This document shows, one piece after another, positions 1 through 12,524 of a DNA stretch of 64,000 nt (the first letter of the stretch is position 1; each line of letters begins with the position of its first letter). Position numbers and translations under genes: made by a program. The DNA comes from Mytilus trossulus (lineage: Eukaryota), in the NCBI RefSeq assembly GCF_036588685.1, contig NC_086373.1, positions 1,984,001-2,048,000 on the forward strand, read 5' to 3'. Under the pieces are notes generated by a model. It saw only the letters and a list, made by a program, of their open reading frames with translations. It was not told the origin of the DNA and did no database searches.

Positions 1-580
1 ATGTGTCTTTTTTTATTGCTTTTTTATTATAAGATGGTGCTTTTCTATTATAAGATGGTGCTTTTCTATTATAAGATGGTACTTTTCTATTATAAGATGG
101 TGCTTTTCTATTATAAGATGGTGCTTTTCTATTATAAGATGGTGGTTTTCTATTATAAGATGGTGCTCTTCTATTATAAGATGGTGGTTTTCTATTATAA
201 GATGGTGCTCTTCTATTATAAGATGGTGGTTTTCTATTATAAGATGGTGGTTTTCTATTATAAGATGGTGGTTTTCTATTATACGAAGGTGGTTTTCTAT
301 TATAAGATGGTGGTTTTCTATTATAAGATGGTGCTTTTCTATTATAAGATGGTGGTTTTCTATTATAAGATGGTGCTTTTCTATTATACGAAGGTGCTTT
401 TCTATTATAAGATGGTGGTTTTCTATTATAAGATGGTGGTTTTCTATTATACGAAGGTGGTTTTCTATTATATGGTGCTTTTTTATTTTAAGGTGGTTTT
501 CTATTATAAGGTGCTTTTTTATTATAAGATGCTTTTCTATTATAAGGTGCTTTTTTTATTATAAGGTGCTTTTTTATTAT
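1..580. repeat. Minisatellite, 21-bp unit (ATGGTG(C/G)TTTTCTATTATAAG), degenerating to 18/15-bp units at the right end
   Basis: More than 20 tandem copies; the array start motif tgtgtcttttttattgctttt recurs at ~641. Confidence 0.95.
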
Positions 581-2089
581 GTGATGGTGGTTCCCGTGAT
601 TAACCGGAAGTGTGGGCTATGGAACGCCATAGCTGTCTTCTGTGTCTTTTTTATTGCTTTTCTATTATAAGATGGTGGTTTTCTATTATAAGACATGCCT
701 GTGTTGCTATTCAAGAATATGGTTACGAGTTGAAAATATACGGACAACTAAATGGCAAAAAAGACCACAAGACAAACATCATATTGAAACATAAAGACCG
801 ATCAACACTAATCACAGACCATAATAATCTGAAATGACCTCATGTGCTCCAGAACGGTAAGCAAATACTGGTCCCCATGTGGCACCCGTCGTGTTGTCAT
901 GTAAGTTCAAACACAATGATGAGTCTATTAACATTCGAGGAAAATTGGTCGGGGTTCTGGTAACGATAATTTGGACATATCCGTCCTTATCTGTAAAACA
1001 CAGATTTCATCATCAAATGTGCATATACACCATTAAAATTCGTCACATGTGAATATTCATCGTCAATTTCCTTTGCCAAATTTATGTTGATGTGTAGTGT
1101 CAGCTGAGTTTTATTTTTAAGGTTATAACTTATATTTGTTTTATTTGCTATCGGAAATATAGATAAACCTTAAACATGCGAAACATTACATAAATATAGG
1201 ATCCTTAGGGTGAAACCTTAGACCACAGTGTTTGGCTTAGTATTATGTAGGTAGTTTATACTAACTGCATGGTGCTTAATTTACCCTTATCTAAATGCTG
1301 ACATTCAACGTTATTTGGCACTGTTGCAGTGAGTTACGCTTCATGATCTTTATATGGTGACCCATATAGTTTTTATACATATTACAAGTAATATTTCTAC
1401 GAAGATAATAGTGTAAAATGGTTAAGATCTTAGTTCAGTCACAACTTTCTACAGCTAACAAACTTCAGTTAATTTTCACTACCTTCCATACTTACTTCCA
1501 ATGGGGAAGAATCTGTGTAAAACTACTGATGCATGTCTGTGCATTCTTCAATAACCATGACGATAACTTAATCTGCAGCTTTTATCAAGAAAACCAATGA
1601 ACCCCAACAAAAAGGTTATGGTCAATTGATAAAACTAATATGTTCACCTTGCATTTATTATACACCAAATATAACTTTCAACGTTACTGAAGAACCTAAG
1701 CAAGAACATTTAAAACGGACCTTTAATAATTTTTAAAAAGATGACAAGGTAAGAAGCCATTTACCATACCACTTTCACAGGCACTCACTCCTGTCAGAAG
1801 GACATGCACAACTTCAGTGCATCCATTCCATAGACAAAATATGATTGACTCGTCAACTCGTAACTGAAAAACTGACAAAACGAAGACAATACTTATGAGC
1901 ATAGCTTCATCAACTGATTTATATGCGTCATCACATGGAAGCTAAAATCGAAGCGTCCGTTGATTTTTTCATCAACTTCCATTAAACATTATTCCAGTTT
2001 CCTGGTATGACTCGAAAAAGTACAAAGATATTTCCCCTAGGGGTGGCACAACCAAGATTTAGATGGTCATAATTCAAAACAAACCTAGT

Positions 2090-2410
2090 AGTGTGTCAAG
2101 GTAACCCATATCAGATAGAAATACATCAGACGGAAGTCAAGGTCAAGGTATACCATATCAAATAGACATATACAAAACGGAAGTCAAGGTCAAGTAAACA
2201 ATATTAGATGGACATATACAAAACAAAAATCAAGGTCAAGGTAAACCATATCAGATAGACATATACAAGACGGAGGTCAATGTAAACCATTTCAGGTAGA
2301 CAAATACAAGACGGAGGTCAAGGTAAAGGTATGCCATATCAGATAGGCATATACATGACAGAAGTCAAGGTCAAGGTAAACCATATCAGATAGACATATA
2401 CAAGACGAAT
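2090..2410. repeat. Degenerate ~42-48-bp tandem repeat (GTCAAGGTCAAGGTAAACCATATCAGATAGACATATACAAGACGGA)
   Basis: About 7 imperfect copies, followed by a dispersed-repeat fragment (~2410-2640, cggccatcttggtt). Confidence 0.85.
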
Positions 2411-3417
2411 GGTCTGAAAATTTCAGGGCAGATAGATCTTGACCTTGTGAACAATTTTATCCTCTTCAGATTTGCCCAAAACGCTTTGGTTTCAGAGATA
2501 TGAGCCAAAAACTGCATGTACTATGTACTATTTTAAGCCATGTCGGCCATCTTGGTTCGCGGGCGGGGTCATTGGACACAATTTTAAAACTAGATACCCT
2601 AATGATAATAACCAAAAGCTGCAAAATTCGGACCAGATGAGCTAAAAAAATAAACCTTTTTATCAATATTTCCCAATGATGCAAGTATATTTAGTTAGTA
2701 ATATTGCGATTTAAGATCATAAATGTGAAGTTTACCTGAAAAATTTATTAAAAAAACAACTAAATTTAGAATTGGTTAATTTTAAGTTGGTGTCTTGAGC
2801 GTGGTCCGTGTTCAACAAAGAATGTATCTTTCAATATTTAATGTTTAATTGACACGGCATACCAAGAGATCAGATACGTCTGATAGAAATCCGAAACAAA
2901 AAGTTTGTACATATGCTTTTCTGGTGGAAGGAAACACTAATTGTACCTTTAAACTTAGTCTTTTATTTGTGTTAATTAGTCCGAATGTTAAGATAGAAAC
3001 AGTGAATTCTTAGGTAACCATATATGAAAGCTTCTTAGAAATGACAGGCTGCCAGATTTATAACATAAAGAGACATTCGTTATGTAACTTTTTTATTATG
3101 TAACTATCCATTTAAACGATTTTCTTTTTATTATTGGAATGATGCATATCTATATTTAAATTCAAGGACAAGCGACACAGTGGCTGGCCGATTAAAATTC
3201 TAAACGGACCAAAACAGAAATATATTAATGGAGAATTCCAGAAAATAGATAATGTCACAACTGAGAACTGACCTTAGAGTACTCCGTTGAAGATCTTCTT
3301 TTTAAAATTTATTGGTTTGATCAAATTTGCAATAAATTACTATGACACAAAATTGCACATGTTGAAAAGTACCATCTGCTTTACTGAACCTTGTTTTTTG
3401 CTGATAGTGCTAAAAAT

Positions 3418-3696
3418 AACCCCGCCGCAATTTTGCGCCTGTCCCAAGTCAGGAGCCTCTGGCCTTTGTTAGTCTTGTATGGTTTTAAATTTTAGTTTCT
3501 TGTGTATAATTCGGAGTTTAGTATGACGTCCATTATCACTGTACTATTATACTATTTAGGGGCCAGCTGAAGGACACCTACGGGTGCGGGAATTCTCGCT
3601 ACATTGAAGACCCATTGGTTGCCTTCGGCTGTTGTCTGCTCTATGGTCGGGTGGTTGTCGCTTTGACATATTCACCATTTCCTTTCTCAATTTTAT
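3418..3696 (+). mobile_element. Short interspersed repeat (SINE-like, non-autonomous)
   Basis: Its 3' end (ttcggctgttgtctgctctatggtcgg..ccatttcctttctcaatttt) recurs inverted at ~53700-53771 in a PLAA intron. Confidence 0.7.
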
Positions 3697-4586
3697 TTCA
3701 CAACACGTATCATATTAACATACTAGTAAACATGTTCAAAGAAAAGTCAGATAAACCAAACGGAAATACATGTACGACGTAGAATCAATGATTCTCTACA
3801 CCGAATACAGTTGACACTATAGTATACAAGAAACATACCATACCATGAAAATGTCCATGCACCAAATTCGATTGACCTACTGCATATAAATACAGTATCA
3901 GAAAACATACCAAAATACACTGTAAAACTTAACTTTTACATTTGACCATAAAAATTAGGTTACGGTCACATGACACCTGACAGTGTAAACTTTCTAATCC
4001 TTCCATACACCAAATATGGCAGACCTATTGAAAAACCTTGTTCACTGATCCATAAAATAAGGTCGATGGCAAATGAAAACGGTCCAGGACAGGCATGAAG
4101 ACCTTGCAAGGTACACACGTACTAAAAAGAGTTATCATGTTACCCATAATAAGATAATTTACATTATGAAAATTCATCAAGAAGTCACTGATTCATGAAT
4201 ATGAGATGAAGGATGGAAATATAACGGACGAAAACGTCATATCATAAGGCACCCATATATATACAAAGTATGAAGCATCCAGGTCTTCTACACTCTAAAA
4301 TAATACGCTTTTAGGTAGTAAGTTAACGCAACTGCAACCGCTGGAGCACTATCCCTTAGTTTCCCTTACTGCGATAGAGGTAGTAGGCTCGACAAAAAAC
4401 ATGCTGATATCAGAACCGGCACTCAACTCTTGGAAACTGACATAAAAACCTATTTAGTGGTTCAACTAGCAGTTGAAAGGTAATAGAGAACAAATAACTA
4501 AAAGGCTAACCAATTATTTGTCTCAACTTTTCTATCAAACACAGACACTAACCCCTTCCCTAATGTCGAAATAAACATGTACATAC

Positions 4587-4838
4587 CTAATGAGTTCTTG
4601 TAATAAATGAAGTTTTTCTCCTATTTTCAATCCACTTTTATCTAAGGCGGGTAGGTTAATGTATTCATGTAGTAATGCGGCAGCGGATGATTGTGTGTCT
4701 TCGCCATTAATAGATGTTGTTGCAGCCAGTGGATGACCGAAGAATGCCCGGATATCGTCCGGTGGGCCATCCTGTTCAATGTGTCCTTTTTTATCTAGCA
4801 CGTTGTTGTTTTCTGAAAGACCGGCTTTGAGTTCTTCG
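4587..4838 (-). CDS. Orphan putative internal exon (84 codons, phase 2-2) of an unidentified gene
   Basis: Strong acceptor ttttctttttcag, donor AG|gtatgt, open frame EELKAGLSENNNVLDKKGHIEQDGPPDDIRAFFGHPLAA...LHEYINLPALDKSGLKIGEKLHLLQELIR, higher GC than its flanks; partner exons not identified. Confidence 0.45.
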
Positions 4839-7561
4839 CTGAAAAAGAAAAGAAAACTTCTATCACATGTGGACTGTTTCACATCTTCTTCTTATATCCA
4901 TGTATTGTACGAATACTTGTTCCTCTACAAGTAAATTCTCACTAAATTCTTACCAAGGTTTAAGTAGTGAGCCAACATCGGACATTTTGCTAGTACATTT
5001 CCATTTATGATTTGTTGTGTTACACAAGGGTGGATCTGAAAAATGACTCAAATTCATGGTTTTAATCTTTACAAATAAATAAGAAGCACTTTCATAAAGG
5101 GTAGATTTAATGATTGAGAGATTTTATTTATGATCTTATTCCTTTCACGTATGTTTATTTCACGTAATTATTGTGGTACGCTCTGGTGCTTCTCTATAGA
5201 CACTCCACTTGTAAGGCTTAGATGTCTCAAAAATTTAAAATAACTATATATTCAAACTGTTTTTAATCAGAAAACACGTTGTTGTGAAAAAAAAAAATAA
5301 TTTGACTACCATGCATATGGTTATGAAATTCACATTATAAAAAGCGAATCTCAGGTTTCAATTATGAAGTTATGTAAATTTTCAGATCTTTTATAAAAAT
5401 ACCAAATAAAAACTTTATCATGCATGTAGTTTTTCACGATATACTTTCTTCTTTAAATGTTCCTTTACTTGTCAGTTATATTAGGCATTTATTAAAAAAA
5501 AATGTTTTTGAAATGTCAATTTTTACGGGTTCAGTTTTGATAGAGCTCCTCTATAATATACATTTATAGACTTAATCCATCATTTGCACATTTTATGTAA
5601 CTTTTTGTAATACAATGTGCAATAACAAATGTAATCATCTTAATGTTTCTTTTTTTATTTTCATTTTGTCAACTGCATACTAAATTGCATGTAAATCTTG
5701 ATCTAGAAATAAAAAAAGAGTGTATGCTTCGTACAGAACAGGTCAGGAGAGAATCTAGATCCTTGACACCTTCTTCAGCAAAATTGATCGTGCAATAGAA
5801 CTAGCAATTAAACTGACATTTGAGATTGAATTTATAATTGAACATACACTTGCAACTGAGGCGAAAGTTGAAATATAAAACAATCTTTCATATACAAGGT
5901 TGTCTTTTTCGTACACCATGGATTCTTCATGCACATGATGAATTACTTCATCCGAACGGACCCAGTTGAATTGTTTTACCACTTTTTAACGGACAATTAA
6001 TTTAAATTAATCTAAATACTGTCAAACTTGCATACATAAAATTTGTTTTAAAGTTTTGGTATAATTGCCTTCTCAGTAGTTGCAACATTATACTAATGCC
6101 ACGACTTTATATTGACTTATTTCAATGTTGTTCAAGTGACAAATATATCTCTTAGAGAGTATACTAAGTAGTCGTATTCTACCGTCTGTTTCATGTATAA
6201 CAATTTTGAGATTTTTTCAGGGAGGGTACGGGGTTGCAACATCAAAAAATTTCATTCTTTACAGTTATACCTTTTCACATAACAGACATTTTGATGCAAT
6301 TTCCTATTAAATTTTAAACATCTTCGAAATTTATCTTAAAAAGTAGTTCTTTGCTCCATGTATGCTATTAGTAATAAATGGTGTTATACTGGCTACCAAA
6401 GGTAATTCACAAGTCTTTATATACCAATTATAAAAAGATTTATATTTCGAAATGTTAAATATAAGCCATAAGGTGTACCATACTGTCAAAGCGTGACTGT
6501 GACCTTCTTAGATAATAAAGGATAAAAATATAGAACTTTAAATTACTAGCTTAGAAGACCAGCCCACACATAAAGACTCATCAAAATGTGTTCATTTGTT
6601 TAGATTCGTTGTGGGGCAATCTGAATTGTCAGTTCATTGTAATGTAGCAATATAGAAACGACTCATCAGATCTTATATATTTGTTTGGCTTGTTGTCCAT
6701 ACTACAATGAATCAACCAAGAGGAAATGAATTTCAATATTTATTTCATTTATTTTCAGGTATTTTCATTGAATATCACTGTTTATTACCTGGCCTATATT
6801 TCATTAAATTGTCAATTGCTTTGACTTTATCCATAATTGATCAGATCGAATTCTTTTTCTGTTTTCACTAATATTGATTGACAAGGCTATTAATCCGAGG
6901 AAAATAATTCTACAAAAGTATCAATAGTTTTGTTTATGAATTAACTTGACAATACACGTCTTGGGTAGCCTATCAATTCTTATTTTTACCAATAATGCAA
7001 CAGCATCGACTAAAAGTTGGAGAATAATTGTACTATTCAATAACCTAGGTTCTACAAATGAATACATAAAATTGATAATTTACATACAAAACGAATTTGA
7101 GTCATTTCAATAACACTGAACAGGCAAAAGCTTAGTCAATTTTACCTTTAAAACCAGATATGTAATAAAGTTTGAATTCATTTATAGCAACTGAAATGAG
7201 GGAATGTAGTGCCCAACAAAACAAAGTCGATAACATAAAAGAAATTGTCCTTCACACAAGAATATACATAATCATTCGACGTCCTTCAAAAACGAAAACA
7301 TTACGTAAAAGTAAAGTTCTTTTAAATAAATGCAAACTTCCCAATCCAGAGTACACAAAATAATACAAACAGTTTCAAACCAGAGATATTTTGAATTTGT
7401 TTTGTCCTTCTTTCTATAAAAGATGTGTACTCTAAAACTTAGGAGTAGTATTTCAGTATTTTCAATGATAATACACATTAACTTGCATTCTTGACAACTA
7501 AACTTCAAAATAAAACCAAAGTATGTATGCTTATACATTTAATACAGACTACATACACATT

Positions 7562-7690
7562 ACAGTGGCGGATCAAGATATTTTCATAAATGGGGGGACT
7601 CACTGGTGTTCTCCAGTCATGCTTCATTGATTCCCTATACAATCAATATTTTTTTTTGCCCAGGAAAGGGGGGACCTGTATCTACATATG
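7562..7690. mobile_element. Short MITE remnant (CAGTGGCGGATC terminus)
   Basis: Related inverted copy at ~58550-58686 ending gatccgccagtg. Confidence 0.5.
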
Positions 7691-10553
7691 GACAAATTGT
7701 TTTATATATACTTATACAACCAGTGGTAAAATATTTCGCGCTAACCATAAAAGCCAGTTTGTCAACATATGCATCAAATGTGCAAAAAAAATGTAGATGA
7801 ATCAGTTTTTACAAGTTAACTGTCAACACTATGTAATCTTTGTAACATTATAATATTCATTCATAATAGTTTGGAATATGATTGATTGCTGTTATGCTTT
7901 ACGTTCAGTGACAAATATATCACATAAAGTCAGACGAGGGCAATTCATACAATGTATCTATATAAGTATAAATATAAAAAAAAATAAGGAGATGTGGTTT
8001 GATTGCCAATGAGACAGTTATCCACTAAAGAGTTCAGATGACGTGTAGGTGTAAGATTTTATAGGTCATCTTATGGTCTTCAACGATGAGCAAAACCCAT
8101 ACCGTACAGAATTAAAGATACTTATATACAAATAATTGGCCAGAACGTGTTTTTGTTTTTTAACAAAAGACTAGTCAAATTTTCAATCATGACCTATGTA
8201 ACTTTACATATTTTCCTCGTGAAAATAAACATATTGTACTGCATCATGAGGCTCTGAATTGGGGGGGGGGGGGGGGGAGTCCTTCATTTCCATATTTTTA
8301 GGCCATTTTTCTCTTCTTTTTCTTTTGCCCATTATTAATCTCAATAATCTGATTTGCTTAGACTATTTTCTGTATGATTTATTTTTTACAAAACTCTCTG
8401 TTTTGTTAACCCATCTAGATCCTCACATCATTATTTTTCTGTATTTCTCGTTTCAGCTAATACTTTAAAAGTGTAATTTCAATCATGCCTCAAACATACT
8501 CCTCCTATCTTTAATGATTTTTAATTGATTTTAACGACCTTATGAAGTATGGATATAAAAATGTAATAATGATTTAACTGTTATCTCCATCATCATGACA
8601 CAAATTGTTTTTATTTATGTTCTGTAGACAAAATATGAAACAAATTTATACTAAATTTGGCATTTCACTAGTTTAAGTAGTGCAAAAATTATGATGTCTG
8701 AATAATTTGTTAATGAGATGTCAATACCTGTATGAACCAGGTAATATTTGTTTTAATGTACTTGTGAAATTGATGTTTAAGTTGAGGAAATTTGTTTATG
8801 CAAATGATATTAATGTTGAAGTTACGTGAATACGTATATTTTCCCTTTAATTTGTTAAAGTAAACATTAAGAAAATCTCATTATTAATTTACAATGATGA
8901 AAGATGTTTGCTTTTCATTTAATATTTGAAGAACTTCTTATTTTTGGGGTTTAATACTTTTTAAACATGAATACAAGCTTTTAAGAATACTGTTTGAACT
9001 AGTCAAAGTTACATAAAAAATCAATACAATAACTTAGAATATCCTTCAGGAACTTTTCAAAGAAGAAAAATTATGAATTTCATATTTTACGGCGAATAAA
9101 AAGTGTTCATACAGTATTCAAATATGCACCAAACAAACTCTATTGAATAGATAAATTCTACATTATTCTCTGTACATCAAATGATACACGCTGTTTGTTA
9201 CTCTTTTGACAATATATAATTTACATATTCAATATCAATATAGGTGTGTGTAAAGGACATTTTAATACGACTGATGCTTTTAAAAGATCATTTATTTCAG
9301 TAGATTTGTAGTTTTGATGTCAATTTCTGATACATTCTATCACTTCTCTAGTCGTACAAATATACAGAATAAGTTTATATAAAAACTGACTTCGTTTTGT
9401 GTTTCTTTTATTAAAGAAGATTTGAACATATTAGGCGGAGGTGAATATAAGAACCGACATTACTTTGACATTGCCTGTCATGTCAACGACCGTTACAAAT
9501 AGGATATTGTTATACAACTAGTTAAACCGTTGGAAAAGTTAACCTACAGCACTGATATGTGATTAATCGTGCTTAGAAAACTCTTTGCCTTATTTTGTAT
9601 TCACGAGATATTTTTTTTATTGAACACATGGTAATGGACATGTGGGCCGATGTAAACAAACCCAATTCTTTTTTGACAAAACTGGCAAAACCATCCTCAT
9701 CTACCAACTTTGACTTTAATTTATGTGGGATATTATATTATTCGCACTTTACCTTTTTGATACTTCTGTTTTCCCCCAGAATGTCAATTGATAGAATACT
9801 TCTTCACTCATTTGGATAGTAAACTGCGGTCCATTCAACTACTCAGAATATCAGGTGCGTTCTAATAACCACCCGACTATTATGGATGCTAATCAACATA
9901 TAGTGATTTATACGAGAAAAATATATCAGAGCTAAGAAACTATTTTATTTTTTTAAATGTGTTAAAAATATCAACATATTAGGGTTTAAAATTTAATGTT
10001 ATGTATTGCTAGTTTATAGTTTAGGGTTAAGGTTGGGGGCTGTCTACGATTGTTATCCGATTTTTTAAATAGCCTCACTTGTCATTTTCCACAACCATAC
10101 ATGTAAGTTCTGTTGGCTTTTTGTTCCTATTAGTTCATACATATTTTTTGTCCGAGTGATCATTCAAGTTGTATGCATGTTTTTATTTTCCTGTTGACAT
10201 AGTATGTGGTTGTTTCTGGATAATTGTTCTTTATTTTATTTTATTTCGAACTGATAATTTAAGAAACCGAACACTTTTAATAAGTGATTTAAAATCTATC
10301 TGTTTGTCAAGTTGGAGTCGAACACAATGGAGCCCTTTATTTTTTATCACACTCAAATCTTGTCAGCATATATATTTACTGACACGTTTTTTAAAACATG
10401 TCTGGGTTGAATTAATGTCATGGTCAGTTTTCGATCCTAAGCTTAACATAATAACCTTATGTTTTATTGGCATTCGTTCTGACAAGCTTTCTAATTCGTA
10501 ACTTGCATTTAAAAAAAAATGTGGAACGATCAAGGAACAACTCATTATCTATT

Positions 10554-10979
10554 TACATGGAAGATAAATATATCACGTGTACATGGAAGATAAATATATC
10601 ACGTGTACATGGAAGATAAATATATCACGTGTACATGGAAGATAAATATATCACGTGTACATGGAAGATAAATATATCACGTGTACATGGAAGATAAATA
10701 TATCACGTGTACATGGAGGATAAATATATCACGTGTACATGGAAGATACATATATCACGTGTACATGGAAGATAAATATATCACGTGAACATGGAAGATA
10801 AATATATCACGTGTACATGGAAGATAAATATATCACGTGTACATGGAAGATAAATATATCACGTGTACATGGAAAATAAATATATCATGTGTACATGGAA
10901 GATAAATATATCACGTGTACATGGAGGATAAATATATCACGTGTACATGGAAGATACATATATCATGTGTATATGGAAC
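10554..10979. repeat. Minisatellite, 26-bp unit ACATGGAAGATAAATATATCACGTGT, about 16 copies
   Basis: Near-perfect tandem units at 10555, 10581 ... 10945. Confidence 0.97.
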
Positions 10980-12189
10980 ACCTTGTGATTATCTGAAAGT
11001 TTTGTTTGTCTTGGTTGTTATATAAATTGAATGAAAAGGGGAGTTAAGAGAATCGGAACTAGTACCGCTTCTTATTTAGGTACATTTTTGTAATAAAGGA
11101 TTTCATCAAAGTGTTCTGTTGTTCAGTCTTCCACCCTATTTTGACAGCGGATTAACAACAAAACCACAATGAACCTTTTAAAATCGAAACTAATTTATAC
11201 AGCAACAGTAGCCTACGTATCACATCAAGAAATGACAAGCAATAAGTAGAACATATCTTAACCCAGGAATTCCAACCTAAGTCCTAAACTTTGAACATGT
11301 TTTATTTTTTTTGATATGAATAATATCTTTTCAAATTAGTAATTTTAATAACTATAATCATAAGAGTTCGCTTCCGTCTCGCTGTAGAATATTGCCTCGT
11401 TTCTTTTTCTAGAGATCAAAAACATAATTGTAAAACAAGCTGTGGTCGTGTTGCTCAGTAACATTAAACATGCAAAGTATCGCTTCGTCGTTTATAAATG
11501 TATCTAAAGCAGAAATTACGTATTGAGATTAAAGGGACAAGTGGTGGCGAATAAAGGAACAAATGGTGGCGATTAGAGAAACACATCAATTTCTACATAG
11601 AATCAATTACATGGAGTATCAGGTTCCAATTAATTACAAAAGTTAAAAATCCGATGAAAAGTGGTAAATAGCAAACATCTTTAATGGGAAAATACTACTA
11701 AGAATGAAATAAAAAGATATCAGATATGATCTATAATAATTTCATTGAGTGTTTAAAACAATGTCATAAGCGATTTGGTATCCAGGAAGTTTGAATTGCT
11801 GGTTTGACATCAATGATTCAGGAGTTGCTAAACAGACAATTACTGTATCGATCTGTAGCTGACATTCTTCAAAACATTTAATGTGGATTGATTATTTATA
11901 AACACTCTATTATAAGTATATAACTGTTTCTACATGTTTGGCGGCTTTCTTCACGATGAGAAACTGAATGACACATACGATGTACCATAGATTGAATGAT
12001 TTTTGTGGAAATGCATACGATTTTCTGGATTCGGTGGTGAAAGTTTTGAGTAGTTATGAAGATGGGAGGAGAAGAATAAAAACCATGAAATGAAATATAT
12101 CTTAATCATAGTAAATGTTTAAATGTTATTTCCATCAGAAGCAAGACAGTATTCAAGCACACTTATTAAAAGACCTTGTTTCAGAAAAA

Positions 12190-12524
12190 GGGAGAAGGTT
12201 TGGGCCCATTAAAACGTTTAATCCCGCTGCAAATGTTTGCACCTGTCCTAAGTCAGGAATCTGATGTACAGTAGTTGTCGTTTGTTTATGTAATATATAC
12301 GTGTTTCTCGTTTCTCGTTTTGTTTATATAGATTAGACCGTTGGTTTTCCCGTTTGAATGGTTTTACACTAGTAATTTTGGGGCCCTTTATAGCTTGTTG
12401 TTCGGTGTGAGCCAAGGCTCCGTGTTGAAGGCCGTACTTTAACCTATAATGGTTTAATTTTTAAATTGTTATTTGGATGGAGAGTTGTCTCATTGGCACT
12501 CACACCACATCTTCCTATATCTAT
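12190..12524 (+). mobile_element. Dispersed SINE-like repeat ending GGAGAGTTGTCTCATTGGCACTCACACCACATCTTCCTATAT
   Basis: 5'-truncated or diverged relatives at ~17645-17711, 29120-29215, 39520-39610, 13760-14040, 46040-46220 (+) and 7985-8105, 31010-31230, 42780-42890, 56690-56920 (-). Confidence 0.8.

Noticed and set aside
1-564. 187-aa ORF (MVLFYYK)n
   Set aside because: Translation of a 21-bp minisatellite; no domain or splice context.
5755-5982. 75-aa ORF, with a helical-looking peptide also on the opposite strand
   Set aside because: No convincing splice sites or recognisable motif.
10554-10979. Possible CRISPR array
   Set aside because: Units are contiguous with no unique spacers, there are no cas genes, and the context is eukaryotic.
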